Positions 1 to 9,807 of a DNA stretch of 64,000 nucleotides are shown here, piece by piece. The position numbers were made by a program, and so were the translations under genes. The stretch spans positions 7,230 to 71,229 of the forward strand of contig JAUQWS010000024.1 of assembly GCA_030835025.1 (NCBI GenBank). Reading direction: 5' to 3'. This DNA comes from Ignavibacteria bacterium. GTDB lineage: Bacteria; Bacteroidota; Ignavibacteria; Tepidaquicellales; OLB5. The notes beneath the pieces were generated by a model. It was not told the DNA's origin. It did not search any database and saw only the letters and a program-made list of their open reading frames with translations. Each line of letters begins with the position of its first letter. The first letter of the stretch is position 1.

Positions 1-708
1 GTTTACGAAGGCGGCGATAATCCGGTGTGGCAGTTGATGAGTGACGAATTTTACGTAAGAGATGTTGGCGGCAAAGAAATAGCTGTTTACAGCTCTACAA
101 ACCTGCAATTTTGGAATATATGGGGATTGGATAACGTGGGAAAGATCAACGCCGATACAACCAGAAATTATTACCTAAAGGATCATCTCGGTTCAATTCG
201 TGTTGTTCTGAACAGTACAAATACAATTGTTAGTGCTCAAGACTATGATGCGTGGGGTTCCATAATGCAAAACCGCAGCTACAATAGCACAGCCATGAAA
301 TACGACTTTACCGATAAAGAGCGTGATAATGAAACCAGCTATGATTATTTTGGGGCGCGGTATTATGATAGCAGGATTGGAAGATGGGGAGGAGTTGATC
401 CACAAGGCGATAAGACTCCAGGCTGGTCATCTTACAGAGCATTTTTAGATAATCCTGTAAATATTCTAGATAATGATGGGGAAATTGAAATTCCTAAAGA
501 ATGTAAAGAAAGATATCCTAAGTTATATTCTTATTTAGAAAAGAATTTTGAGAAGAACTTTCTCCCCCGTTGCAGTCCGCCGCGGCGGATTATCACCTGC
601 AACATACTTCGTTTAAACTGGATTATTTTAAATAAAGTTCATTACTGCATGGTGTACTGTAATTCTCCCACGCAGATATTCCCTCCAGCATGTTCTTTAC
701 ATTTGTGA
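1..708 (+). pseudogene. RHS repeat-associated core protein, 3' part (begins before the window); C-terminal toxin tip apparently truncated
   Basis: Frame is open from base 1. RHS core motifs YYLKDHLGSIRVV, QDYDAWG, YFGARYYDSRIGRW and NPVNILDNDG. About 26 residues after the DxxG junction the frame runs into a GC palindrome and then antisense into the rhodanese gene. Confidence 0.8.
569..603. repeat. GC-rich palindrome/hairpin (REP-like; may also terminate the rhodanese gene)
   Basis: Perfect palindrome TCCGCCGCGGCGGA (576-589) nested in the inverted repeat GTTGCAG...CTGCAAC. Confidence 0.6.
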
Positions 709-1156
709 ATCCGTTCTGCGTCAAAAAATGCGATGCTCTCTGGCTGCGGTGTGCGTGTGAGCAGTAAACAATTATTTCCCGGTCTTTAAATGAATCAAGC
801 TCGCCGATCCTTTTTTCAAGCTCGTTTACATTTATGTTAATTGCACCCTTCAGCCTGCCTTCTTTGCGGGTTTTGTGAGTGCCTTCAAACTCTTCTTTTG
901 ACCTGACATCAAGTATCACGATTTCCTTATTATTATTCACGAGTTCACAAACATCCGGAATTTTGATGTTAGTATGCTTTACGGTGCTCTTATCCACAAG
1001 TTCCATATCGCACGCCGGACACTTTCCCGGTTTGTCATAAATAACAGTATCGCAATCACCGCACGGTGTGCAAACATATTGAGTTTGGGAACTGAGGTGA
1101 GGGACTAAAAGTAACGTGAAGATAACTGAGGGCAGGATAATGAAATAGTTTTTCAT
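623..1156 (-). CDS. Exported rhodanese-domain protein with an N-terminal Cys-rich heavy-metal-binding-like domain
   Basis: Signal peptide; YVCTPCGDCD...PGKCPACDMELV; ILDVR, active loop YCSHAHRS, GISAW. Confidence 0.85.
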   Translation of the reverse strand: MKNYFIILPSVIFTLLLVPHLSSQTQYVCTPCGDCDTVIYDKPGKCPACDMELVDKSTVKHTNIKIPDVCELVNNNKEIVILDVRSKEEFEGTHKTRKEGRLKGAININVNELEKRIGELDSFKDREIIVYCSHAHRSQRASHFLTQNGFTNVKNMLEGISAWENYSTPCSNELYLK

Positions 1157-1179
1157 ATTCTGCGATTTTGTTTTTTGAA

Positions 1180-2118
1180 TTACTCTACTTTAAACAGAGC
1201 GCTTATAGACTGGTTCTCGTTATTCCTTAAGATTGCATGTGCAAACAGTTTGGATATATCCAGTATTTCAATTTTTCTTGATTTAAAGCTCAGCGGAACG
1301 GTGTTGCCCACAACAAGCTTCTTCAGGCTGGAATTCTCGATTTTCTGCAATGCCTGTCCCGAAAGTATCGGGTGAGTTGCCGCGCCGTATATTTCCTTAG
1401 CACCGCTCTTTTTCAGAGCTTCAACTGCTGCAACGAAAGTATTTGCAGTATCTATTAAGTCATCAACAATCAGTACATTCTTTCCGTTCACATCGCCGAT
1501 GATGTTCATTACTTCGGCAACATTGGGTTTGGGTCTGCGTTTATCAATTAATATCAAATCAGCTCCCAGATTCTTCGCATACGCTCTTGCGCGTTTTGAA
1601 CCGCCGACATCGGGAGCGGCAACGGCGAGATTGCGGAGCTTGAGACGCTTGAAATATTTCAGGAATAATACCGAGCAGTACAAGTGGTCAACAGGTATAT
1701 CGAAGAATCCCTGCAGCTGCGGGGCGTGGAGGTCCATTGTTATGATTCGGTCAACTCCGGCTTCAGTAAGCAGGTTAGCAATCAGCTTTGCTGTTATCGA
1801 GACACGCGGCATGTCTTTTCTATCCTGCCGTGCATAGCCAAAGTAGGGGATAACTGCCGTTATCCTGCGCGCAGATGCTCTTACAGCGGCATCTATCATG
1901 ATCAAAAGCTCAAGCAGGTTTTCTGCAGGGGGATTTGTTGACTGGATTATGTAGCAATCTTTGCCGCGGATGTTATCATTATACTTTACCCAAATTTCAC
2001 CGTCGCTGAAGTTGACGATTCTGCATTTGCCAACGGGGAGGTGGAGATAATCGCAAATATGTTTGACTAGGTAGTTAGAGTTTCTGCCGGAGAAAAGCTG
2101 GATCTCATTTCTGGCCAT
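1180..2118 (-). CDS. prs: Ribose-phosphate pyrophosphokinase
   Basis: FSDGEI, PYFGYARQDRK, MDLHAPQLQGFF and VDDLIDTA motifs. Confidence 0.98.
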   Translation of the reverse strand: MARNEIQLFSGRNSNYLVKHICDYLHLPVGKCRIVNFSDGEIWVKYNDNIRGKDCYIIQSTNPPAENLLELLIMIDAAVRASARRITAVIPYFGYARQDRKDMPRVSITAKLIANLLTEAGVDRIITMDLHAPQLQGFFDIPVDHLYCSVLFLKYFKRLKLRNLAVAAPDVGGSKRARAYAKNLGADLILIDKRRPKPNVAEVMNIIGDVNGKNVLIVDDLIDTANTFVAAVEALKKSGAKEIYGAATHPILSGQALQKIENSSLKKLVVGNTVPLSFKSRKIEILDISKLFAHAILRNNENQSISALFKVE

Positions 2119-2298
2119 CAGTTATAGTTCGTCGAATTGATTGCGGAATACACAAATTTATCAAATAATAATCGTATAATCAATAATTAAGGCAGTGGCG
2201 GAAAACTGTAAATGACAGGCAGGTCACGAAGTGCTCTTCTAAATGCCTGTCCTACCAAACTTACGGTTTTGAGAAATCCCCTCTACAGGGCGGCAGAT

Positions 2299-3261
2299 TC
2301 AATTCATGCTGATAACGTTTCTTGCCGGAGTTCTATTGGGGAACGGGTAAGTTATCGGGAAAAACTCAACAGGGTTACTTTCGGGCTTCAGGGCTGGATC
2401 GAGTGTCACTATTTTATGTTTCAGTTCACATCCGGTTATTTCAATTTCGTTGAAACTTATAGTGCCTGAATTACCGCCAAGAATTGAACCGCCGGCGTTC
2501 AGGAACTTAAGCCCTTTCCTGAAGTAAACTCTGCTTTCATGCAGGTGTCCGTGCAGAACAAGCTCAGCTCCGGTTTTTTTGAGGCTTTTTATGATGCGCT
2601 TTTTATTTCTCAGTTTCATTGTCTGTTTTTCGATTGCCTGCCATATCAAGCCTGATGAAGTTGTCATGTCCAGCGAATCTTTGCAGAAGTGATGGTGTGT
2701 AACTGCAATTACTTTTCTGCCTGCAGCGTTAACACTGTTCAAAAGACTTTGCATTTCTTCGAGCTGGTTTGCTGATATCTTTCCGTTTGATGCGAAGGGA
2801 TTTTTAAGCGGTGAGTATTCAGCAATGGAATTCAGTCCGATCAAAATGGTGTCATCAAGCTCCTTTATAAAAGGAAAAAACCGGTCTTCAGCCGGTTTTG
2901 TTGTAGTCTGGAAAGTTTCCCTGAAAAAGTAACAGAACGTTCTCACTTTTTCGTTAAAATCCGCCGCCCGGCATCGCGCAGGGAATTTCAGAATATCTTC
3001 TGCCAGATGCACTCCGCCGAAAATATCATGATTGCCGATCGTAACAGTCAGTTTACGCGGATCAAGGAGTCCGTACTTTTTGAAAAGCTTTCTTGCGAGC
3101 TCAAATCCCGAAGCCTCTGCATTTTCGGTAATATCACCCGAGATAACGGTATGGTCGTAATTATTTGCTGAAATGTAGCTCAGCAATCTTTCGGTATTAA
3201 GTAAGTTGATCCGCTTATTATTTGCATCAAGGTGCAGATCTGATAAGTGGGCTATTTTCAT
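2299..3261 (-). CDS. Calcineurin-like metallophosphoesterase
   Basis: HLSDLH, SGDIT, GNHD, THHH and HGHLH metal-binding motifs. Confidence 0.9.
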   Translation of the reverse strand: MKIAHLSDLHLDANNKRINLLNTERLLSYISANNYDHTVISGDITENAEASGFELARKLFKKYGLLDPRKLTVTIGNHDIFGGVHLAEDILKFPARCRAADFNEKVRTFCYFFRETFQTTTKPAEDRFFPFIKELDDTILIGLNSIAEYSPLKNPFASNGKISANQLEEMQSLLNSVNAAGRKVIAVTHHHFCKDSLDMTTSSGLIWQAIEKQTMKLRNKKRIIKSLKKTGAELVLHGHLHESRVYFRKGLKFLNAGGSILGGNSGTISFNEIEITGCELKHKIVTLDPALKPESNPVEFFPITYPFPNRTPARNVISMN

Positions 3262-3431
3262 TTTTGTTCAAAGTTAATTCAATTCCGTTAAGAAGTTGTT
3301 AAGCCGGGGTAAGGGAATAGTTATTTTTTGAAGTGATTTAAGCGATTAATTTTGAACAAATTTTTTTCTAACACAATTCTAATAAAGTTATACTATCTTT
3401 AACAAATTAATTTTTGAATTAACTGATATTA

Positions 3432-4244
3432 ATGAGCCTCAAACAGAAACATCTGGAAAAACTTCTTGATTTTGCAGCAAAGACAGTAAAGAAGTCAGAA
3501 GCAATAACCCTGAAATACTACGAAAAGAAATTGAAATTCAGGGTTAAAGCCAATAATTCACCGGTTACAATTGCCGATACAAAATGCGAGGATTTCATCC
3601 TCGGAAGGATAAAAGCAAAGTATCCCGGTCATGCAGTGCTTGGAGAAGAACGCGGAGAAGTCAAATCCGGTTCTGATTTCAAATGGATAGTGGATCCCGT
3701 TGACGGCACCAAGAATTTTATGAGAAAATACCCGTATTGGGGAACACTTCTTGCGCTGGAACATGAGGGAGAAATTGTACTTGGCATTATTTCATTGCCG
3801 GCACTGAAGGAATTCATGCATGCAGCAAAGGGCATGGGTTGTTACCTGAATAACAGGAAGGCAAAAGTCAGCAAAATAAATAAACTCAAGGATTCATACC
3901 TGATACACGGAGGGATAGATTACATCCTGGCTGAACCTTATAAGAACAATTTTGCAGAACTTGCCGCATCGTGTTATTACTCACGCGGGTTTGGTGATTG
4001 CCACGGACATGCATTCATAATCAAAGGACAGGCTGAAGTTATGTTCGATCCGCATGTTGCGCCGTATGATGTTGCAGCAGTTAAGATTTGCGCTGAAGAA
4101 GCAGGGGGTATGTTCACTGACTTAAACGGCAATAAGACAATTTACAGCGGAACAGCGCTTACAACAAACGGCAAAGTGCATGAGGAAGTCCTGGGTATAA
4201 TTAACAAAAATTTCGAAAGCAGAGAAGTAACAAGGTCAGAATAA
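3432..4244 (+). CDS. Inositol monophosphatase family protein (HisN-like)
   Basis: PVTIAD, GEE, WIVDPVDGTKNF and PYDVAA...EEAGG motifs. Confidence 0.88.
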   Translation: MSLKQKHLEKLLDFAAKTVKKSEAITLKYYEKKLKFRVKANNSPVTIADTKCEDFILGRIKAKYPGHAVLGEERGEVKSGSDFKWIVDPVDGTKNFMRKYPYWGTLLALEHEGEIVLGIISLPALKEFMHAAKGMGCYLNNRKAKVSKINKLKDSYLIHGGIDYILAEPYKNNFAELAASCYYSRGFGDCHGHAFIIKGQAEVMFDPHVAPYDVAAVKICAEEAGGMFTDLNGNKTIYSGTALTTNGKVHEEVLGIINKNFESREVTRSE

Positions 4245-4275
4245 CTTCTCAGGTAAATTTAGAAAAGTAAACTGA

Positions 4276-4794
4276 ATGTTCAAAAATATAAGTCCGGTAA
4301 TAAAAGAAAAGGCATCTAAAATAAAGCTTGTCATAAGCGATAGCGACGGAGTTCTCACAGATACGGGTGTATACTATACAGAAAAAGGTGAAGTGATGAA
4401 ACGATTTTCGATACGCGACGGAATGGGGGTTGAAAGGCTGCGTAAATTGCTTGGGGTCGAGTCAGGCATTATCACGGGCGAGCTCTCGGGTTCGGTAAAA
4501 ATGCGCGCCAAAAAGCTAGGCATTGCAGAGCTTCACCAAGGGATAAAGGATAAGAAGGAAGTGCTCCACGAGATCATCACAAGAAGAAAGATAAAGCTTG
4601 AAAATGTTGCATATATTGGCGATGATACCAATGATATTGAAGTGCTTAAGATGGCTGGGCTTTCTGCTTGTCCGGCAGATGCTGTGATACAGATAAAACA
4701 AATAGTCGATTACATCACCGATAGCAAAGGCGGGTATGGTGCGTTTCGTGATTTTGCGGAGCTTATCATTGCCTCTCAAAAACCTGATAAATAG
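4276..4794 (+). CDS. kdsC: KDO-8-phosphate phosphatase family HAD hydrolase
   Basis: DSDGVLTD, RDGMG, IITG, YIGDDTND and GGYGAFRDFAELI motifs. Confidence 0.85.
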   Translation: MFKNISPVIKEKASKIKLVISDSDGVLTDTGVYYTEKGEVMKRFSIRDGMGVERLRKLLGVESGIITGELSGSVKMRAKKLGIAELHQGIKDKKEVLHEIITRRKIKLENVAYIGDDTNDIEVLKMAGLSACPADAVIQIKQIVDYITDSKGGYGAFRDFAELIIASQKPDK

Positions 4795-4848
4795 CATATG
4801 GCAATAAACAATTAGCGATAACGACAAAGAGTCATCAATTGTTATCAA

Positions 4849-4885
4849 AGAGCCTTCCGGTAGTTAGAACCCGGGGGGCTTTTTT
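4849..4885 (+). terminator. Rho-independent terminator after kdsC
   Basis: AGCCTTCCGG...CCGGGGGGCT stem with G-U pairs, followed by a T-run. Confidence 0.75.
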
Positions 4886-4941
4886 GTTGGTTTTTATATT
4901 AGTGAAAATAAATAAATTACACTATTATATAGTATGAGTTA

Positions 4942-5691
4942 ATGATAATAGCGCTAATTGCGGGAATAATTACGGGTTTCATAGTTTCAGTGCCCCCGCT
5001 GGGCCCAATTGCCTTTGCGCTCATATCAAAAGGATTCCTGGGTGAAACAAAGGAAGGGATGGCAGTTGCTGCCGGTTCCGGTTTCATGGATATGATCTAT
5101 GCGCTAGTTGCTTTTGGCGGCATTTCGCTCTTTATTTCTCTTTTGCCTGAAAGTATTGAAGAGCTTATTAACGGTAACTCAGGTACACTTCAGATCATCC
5201 TGATTTATGCAGGGTGTGTAGTGGTAATAATTTACGGCATTAAAATTATCAGGATGAAAATGAACTTCTCTGCACTGGAAGAAAAGGAATCAGAGATCCT
5301 GAGCAAAGCAGAGGAAAAAGCCGATGATTTTGTACAAAGGCATAAAGTACCAGTTGCGGGGAGCTCAAATCTTTTCGGGCAATTTGTAATGGGAGTTATG
5401 CTGTGCATTTCTTCTATCACACTTCCGGCTTCATGGTTTGCGCTGGTAGGTTATTTAAAAAGCTCGGGTGTTATCGATAGCTCATTCCTGAGCGGACTGA
5501 TATTTTCAGGTGGAGCATTTGCCGGCACTGTTATTTGGTTCTGGCTGCTCTTGAAATTAATAGCCGGCAACAAGCACAGAATAAACAGGAATACAATAAA
5601 CAAACTGAATACATTTGCGGGCATAATACTTATAGTGCTTGGTATTTTCCTTTTCGGCAAGGCAACAGGCACGGTTTTTAATCTATTCTGA
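4942..5691 (+). CDS. LysE-family membrane transporter
   Basis: Hydrophobic helices; PPLGPI near the N-terminus; C-terminal GIILIVLG. Confidence 0.75.
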   Translation: MIIALIAGIITGFIVSVPPLGPIAFALISKGFLGETKEGMAVAAGSGFMDMIYALVAFGGISLFISLLPESIEELINGNSGTLQIILIYAGCVVVIIYGIKIIRMKMNFSALEEKESEILSKAEEKADDFVQRHKVPVAGSSNLFGQFVMGVMLCISSITLPASWFALVGYLKSSGVIDSSFLSGLIFSGGAFAGTVIWFWLLLKLIAGNKHRINRNTINKLNTFAGIILIVLGIFLFGKATGTVFNLF

Positions 5692-5751
5692 TGATTCCCG
5701 ATATTTTCATTCAAATCCTAAGCTGATAATCCGGGCTCCTTAACCAAACTT

Positions 5752-5885
5752 CACCACATCACTCCACGGCTTCCAATCTGCCCGCTTAAACCCAAAAAAA
5801 AATTGTAAAAATCGCTAAAAATCACTTGACTTATGGTTTTTTTTTAGTATTTTTGTAGTGGAGGAAAATGGAGGAAAGTGGAGGA
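5752..5885. promoter_or_regulatory. mraZ/dcw promoter with MraZ binding boxes
   Basis: TTGACT (5826-5831) and TATTTT (5848-5853), then GTGGAG/ATGGAG/GTGGAG at 10-bp period (5858, 5868, 5878). An inverted set CACCAC/CTCCAC/TTCCAA lies at 5752-5776. Confidence 0.8.
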
Positions 5886-5954
5886 GTCGGTTTGAAGCTT
5901 TGCTTTCACATCCAAATCACCCAAAATCTCACAATAATAAGTATAAGAACGTAA

Positions 5955-6410
5955 TTGTTTCAAGGGCACTCAAATACAACAATTGATGAAAAAGGCAGAA
6001 TAATTGTTCCTGCTAAATTCCGCAAGCACATATTGCCCGAAGCAAACGGCGTTCTCAATGTTACGCTTGGAAGAGATAAGTGTGTTTGGCTTTTTCCTTC
6101 ATACGAATGGACCAAAGTTCTGCAAACCGTACAGAGCACAAATCCCTTCACAACAGATGAAGTATCAATGAGAAGACAGATGCTTTATTACGCAGATGAT
6201 CTTACCGTTGATTCGCAGCACAGAATATTGATCCCCCAGGAAATGCTGAAGATAGTCGGCATAAAAAAAGACGTTTTGCTTCTGGGGCAGATCGAAAGGA
6301 TAGAAGTCTGGAATCCCGAAGCATACGAGAAGTATCTTAAAGATAGCCCTGAATCATACGAGGGCGTGATGCAGAAGGTAATGACCAAGCTTTATACCAA
6401 AAATGAATAA
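5955..6410 (+). CDS. mraZ: Division/cell wall cluster transcriptional repressor MraZ
   Basis: IDEKGRIIVPAKFR, DSQHRILIP and RIEVW; first gene of dcw; TTG start. Confidence 0.97.
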   Translation: MFQGHSNTTIDEKGRIIVPAKFRKHILPEANGVLNVTLGRDKCVWLFPSYEWTKVLQTVQSTNPFTTDEVSMRRQMLYYADDLTVDSQHRILIPQEMLKIVGIKKDVLLLGQIERIEVWNPEAYEKYLKDSPESYEGVMQKVMTKLYTKNE

Positions 6411-6412
6411 AA

Positions 6413-7297
6413 TTGGATGAAGTTTTCTATCACCGGCCGGTACTGCTGAATGAGGCATCAGCTTACCTGCTAGAAAACAACAGCAGCAAGGGTTATGGGG
6501 TATATGTTGACTGCACACTTGGAGGCGGCGGTTATACCAAAAAAATAATAGAATCACAACCGGAAGCAAAGGTTATTGCAATAGATAGAGATGTTTATGC
6601 AATAGAACACTGTAGAAAGGTACTTGCGGAGTTTGGAAGCAGGGTCATATTTGTACAGAATAACTTTGGCAGCATTAAACAGATAATCCATGATGCAGGA
6701 TTTGAAAAAGTTAACGGTATTGTGATGGATCTTGGACTTTCCACATATCAGCTCAACTATGAAGACGGCTTCAGTTACCAGAAAGATACGATGCTTGATA
6801 TGCGGGCAGATAAGAGCCAGAAACTAACGGCGAAAGATGTTCTTAACAGGTACGACGAAAAGCAGCTGACAAAGATATTCTATGATTACGGTGAGCTGAA
6901 GTACGGCAGGCAGTTTGCAAAAGAGATCGTTCATTTAAGAAATAAAAAGAAGCTTGAGACTACTTTTGAACTGGTTGAGCTTATCAGGGAAAAGGTTCCT
7001 CCAAGATACCTCAACAGCGATCTTTCTAAGCTGTTCCAGGCGCTAAGAATAGAAGTAAACAGTGAGCTTTCAAACCTGGAAAAAGTGCTGGATGACGGTG
7101 CTGAGTGCTTAGAAGAAGGCGGAGTTATTGCAGCAGTTTCCTATCACTCACTTGAAGACAGAATAGTTAAGAACAAGCTTCGGTCCAATGAGAAGCTGAA
7201 GGTACTCACAAAAAAGCCTGTTGAGCCGGGTGAAGAGGAAGTTGCCGGTAACATCAGGGCAAGGAGCGCAAAACTAAGAGCAGCACAGAGAATCTGA
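6413..7297 (+). CDS. rsmH: 16S rRNA m4C1402 methyltransferase
   Basis: HRPVLLNE, DCTLGGGG, DLGLS, FQALRIEVN, YHSLEDRIVK and RARSAKLR. Confidence 0.97.
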   Translation: MDEVFYHRPVLLNEASAYLLENNSSKGYGVYVDCTLGGGGYTKKIIESQPEAKVIAIDRDVYAIEHCRKVLAEFGSRVIFVQNNFGSIKQIIHDAGFEKVNGIVMDLGLSTYQLNYEDGFSYQKDTMLDMRADKSQKLTAKDVLNRYDEKQLTKIFYDYGELKYGRQFAKEIVHLRNKKKLETTFELVELIREKVPPRYLNSDLSKLFQALRIEVNSELSNLEKVLDDGAECLEEGGVIAAVSYHSLEDRIVKNKLRSNEKLKVLTKKPVEPGEEEVAGNIRARSAKLRAAQRI

Positions 7298-7338
7298 TAT
7301 TGTAAAACAGGGGCGGTTTAAATTTAAAGCAGCAATAA

Positions 7339-7653
7339 ATGAGAAGCCCGAAACAAAGAAAAATTTCGCTATTTAACCTGATGGTTATGTTCTTCATAAC
7401 TGCAGGGATAATTGTCTTCTTTGTTAACAATATCATTGCAGTCAACGGCCTGGTAGTTGATAATGCAAACATTCAGTCCGAAATAAACAAATCCGTTACG
7501 GCTAATAACAATCTTCAGACAGAAATAGAACGCCTCACAAATTTTGATAATATCAAATCAGTTGCAGTTGATAAGCTTGGGCTGCATTACGCATCACAAA
7601 GGCCCAAAGCCATCATATTGGAAAAATCAGCAGTCGAAGACCTGAAGGAATAA
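7339..7653 (+). CDS. ftsL: Cell division protein FtsL-like
   Basis: One TM helix plus coiled coil, ending I..VAVDKLGL; lies between rsmH and ftsI. Confidence 0.8.
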   Translation: MRSPKQRKISLFNLMVMFFITAGIIVFFVNNIIAVNGLVVDNANIQSEINKSVTANNNLQTEIERLTNFDNIKSVAVDKLGLHYASQRPKAIILEKSAVEDLKE

Positions 7654-7665
7654 ATATATAAAGCT

Positions 7666-9807
7666 GTGCGGGGCATGGGACTCCGGGAGAATTTGAGGGA
7701 AAGAGTTACTGACAAGAATGTTTCGAACACTAACAGAAGAATAACGCTCTTCATGGCTGTTTTCGGGCTGTTGTTCCTAGTTATACTCTACAAACTGTTC
7801 AGCATTCAAATAGTGGAGTCGGCAAAGTACAGGCTTGCCGCAAGAAAGCAGTATGAAAGCAAGATATCACTTAAACCTTCACGCGGAATAATCTTCGACA
7901 GGAAAATGAACGCCCTTGTATCCAATACCAACATGTATTCCTTTGCAGCAGATCCAAACATGGTTGATAACAAAGATTCTGCTGCTGCAGTTTTTGCCGC
8001 AATATTCGGCAAGGATAAGAACTTCTATCTAGATAAACTTAACACCAAGAACACTTCATTCGTCTGGCTTGAACGCAGGATCGATCCGAAGTTTGAATCA
8101 AGGGTTAAAGATATTGATATATCCGGGATAATCAAGCTTAATGAGCCTAACAGGGTGTTTAATTACGATAAGCTGTGTGCACAGCTAGTAGGATATACTA
8201 ATATAGATAACATTGGCCTTAGCGGAGTTGAACTTGAACTAAATGATAAGCTTGCAGGCAAAGAAGGATATGTAGTGCTGCAGAAGGACGGGCTCGGCAG
8301 GAAGCGGCCTGCAGTTGAGTACCCGCGCCAGGAACCTGTTGACGGAGTGAATGTCATCCTTACCATAGATATGAATATTCAGAAGATCGTGGAAGAGGAG
8401 CTTGAGCAGGGAGTAAATGCAAATAATTCATTGGGCGGGAAAGTGATTGTCATGAACGTCAAAACAGGCGAAATACTGGCAATGAACTCAATCTCTCTTG
8501 ATGGCGGCAGCCCGGACAAAATTGCAGAGATAAACGATCTTTATGAACCGGGTTCGACTTTCAAAATAGTAACAGCTGCCTCTGCGCTTGAAGAAGGGCT
8601 GCTGAATAAATTTGACGTCATCAACACCTATGGCGGCGAATATATGAACATCAAAGATTCGCATAAGTTCACAAGCCTTACTTTCCAGGAAGTAATTGAA
8701 CAGTCAAGCAATATAGGCACAATCCAGGTTGCAAACAGGCTGGGGAGAGAAAGATTTTATAAATACGCCAGAGATTTCGGCTATGGCATAACAACCGGAA
8801 TCGACCTTCCCGGGGAAATGAAGGGAAGATTGAAGAAACCTGTTGAGTTTTCGCCTGTCACTTTGAATTACATGGCTATCGGTTATGAGCTGCTGGTTAC
8901 CGCACTGCAAATGACGAACGCATATGCCTGTGTTGCAAATGACGGAATGATGATGAAGCCATATATCGTAAAGAAGATCCTGAATCCGAACGGTTCACTG
9001 ATAAAAGAGTATCAGCCGGTTGAAATACGCAATGTCATATCCAAAAATACTGCCAAGGCGCTGACTGAGTTATTTGTGGGCGTTGTTGAAAGAGGAACAG
9101 GCAAGGATGCAAAAGTTGAGAACCTGAAAGTAGCAGGAAAGACCGGTACCTCACAGAAAATGGTTGAGGGTAAATACTCGAAGAGCAAATATACCTCTTC
9201 GTTCATCGGTTACTTTCCCGCAGATGAACCGCAAATAGTAGTAGCAGTGATTATAGATGCGCCCGGAGCAGGTGAATATTACGGTGGAAAAGTTTCTGCA
9301 CCTATTTTCAAAAGAATAACAGAAAGGATCATAAACCTGACAGGTTTGCATGAATACAGCACTCCCGAAAATGAAGCGGGCATCATTCAGACAAGCAGTG
9401 TTGAACAGATCCAGAGCGGAAGTGAACTGAATCTGGTGAATTTTGATGTAAGTGATGCAGTAAAGTTCCTTGATGCAAATGAGATACCCTACGAAATAGA
9501 AGGTGCAAAGAAGAATGCAGTTGTTGTTGCCCACAGTTACTTCAATGATGAAAATGGTATCAGGAAAATGAGGCTCATTACTGCCGCCGGAAGCGGAGAC
9601 AACAAATCGCTTAAGGAAACCGGAATTAAGATGCCTGACCTGAGGGGAATGAGCCTCAGAAAATGCATAAAAGTAATCTCTTCGCTGGGAGTTGAGTATA
9701 AGATCAACGGATGCGGAAAAGTGACCAGGCAATCAGTAGAGCCAGGGCAGTTTATAGGCAAAAACCAAACACTTGTCATTAATTGTGAGAGTGCATTGCA
9801 GCAGTAA
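7666..9807 (+). CDS. ftsI: Class B penicillin-binding protein with C-terminal PASTA domain
   Basis: RGIIFDR, GLSGVE, EPGSTFK (SxxK), SSN, KTGT; PASTA motif MPDLRGMSLR. Confidence 0.95.
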   Translation: MRGMGLRENLRERVTDKNVSNTNRRITLFMAVFGLLFLVILYKLFSIQIVESAKYRLAARKQYESKISLKPSRGIIFDRKMNALVSNTNMYSFAADPNMVDNKDSAAAVFAAIFGKDKNFYLDKLNTKNTSFVWLERRIDPKFESRVKDIDISGIIKLNEPNRVFNYDKLCAQLVGYTNIDNIGLSGVELELNDKLAGKEGYVVLQKDGLGRKRPAVEYPRQEPVDGVNVILTIDMNIQKIVEEELEQGVNANNSLGGKVIVMNVKTGEILAMNSISLDGGSPDKIAEINDLYEPGSTFKIVTAASALEEGLLNKFDVINTYGGEYMNIKDSHKFTSLTFQEVIEQSSNIGTIQVANRLGRERFYKYARDFGYGITTGIDLPGEMKGRLKKPVEFSPVTLNYMAIGYELLVTALQMTNAYACVANDGMMMKPYIVKKILNPNGSLIKEYQPVEIRNVISKNTAKALTELFVGVVERGTGKDAKVENLKVAGKTGTSQKMVEGKYSKSKYTSSFIGYFPADEPQIVVAVIIDAPGAGEYYGGKVSAPIFKRITERIINLTGLHEYSTPENEAGIIQTSSVEQIQSGSELNLVNFDVSDAVKFLDANEIPYEIEGAKKNAVVVAHSYFNDENGIRKMRLITAAGSGDNKSLKETGIKMPDLRGMSLRKCIKVISSLGVEYKINGCGKVTRQSVEPGQFIGKNQTLVINCESALQQ

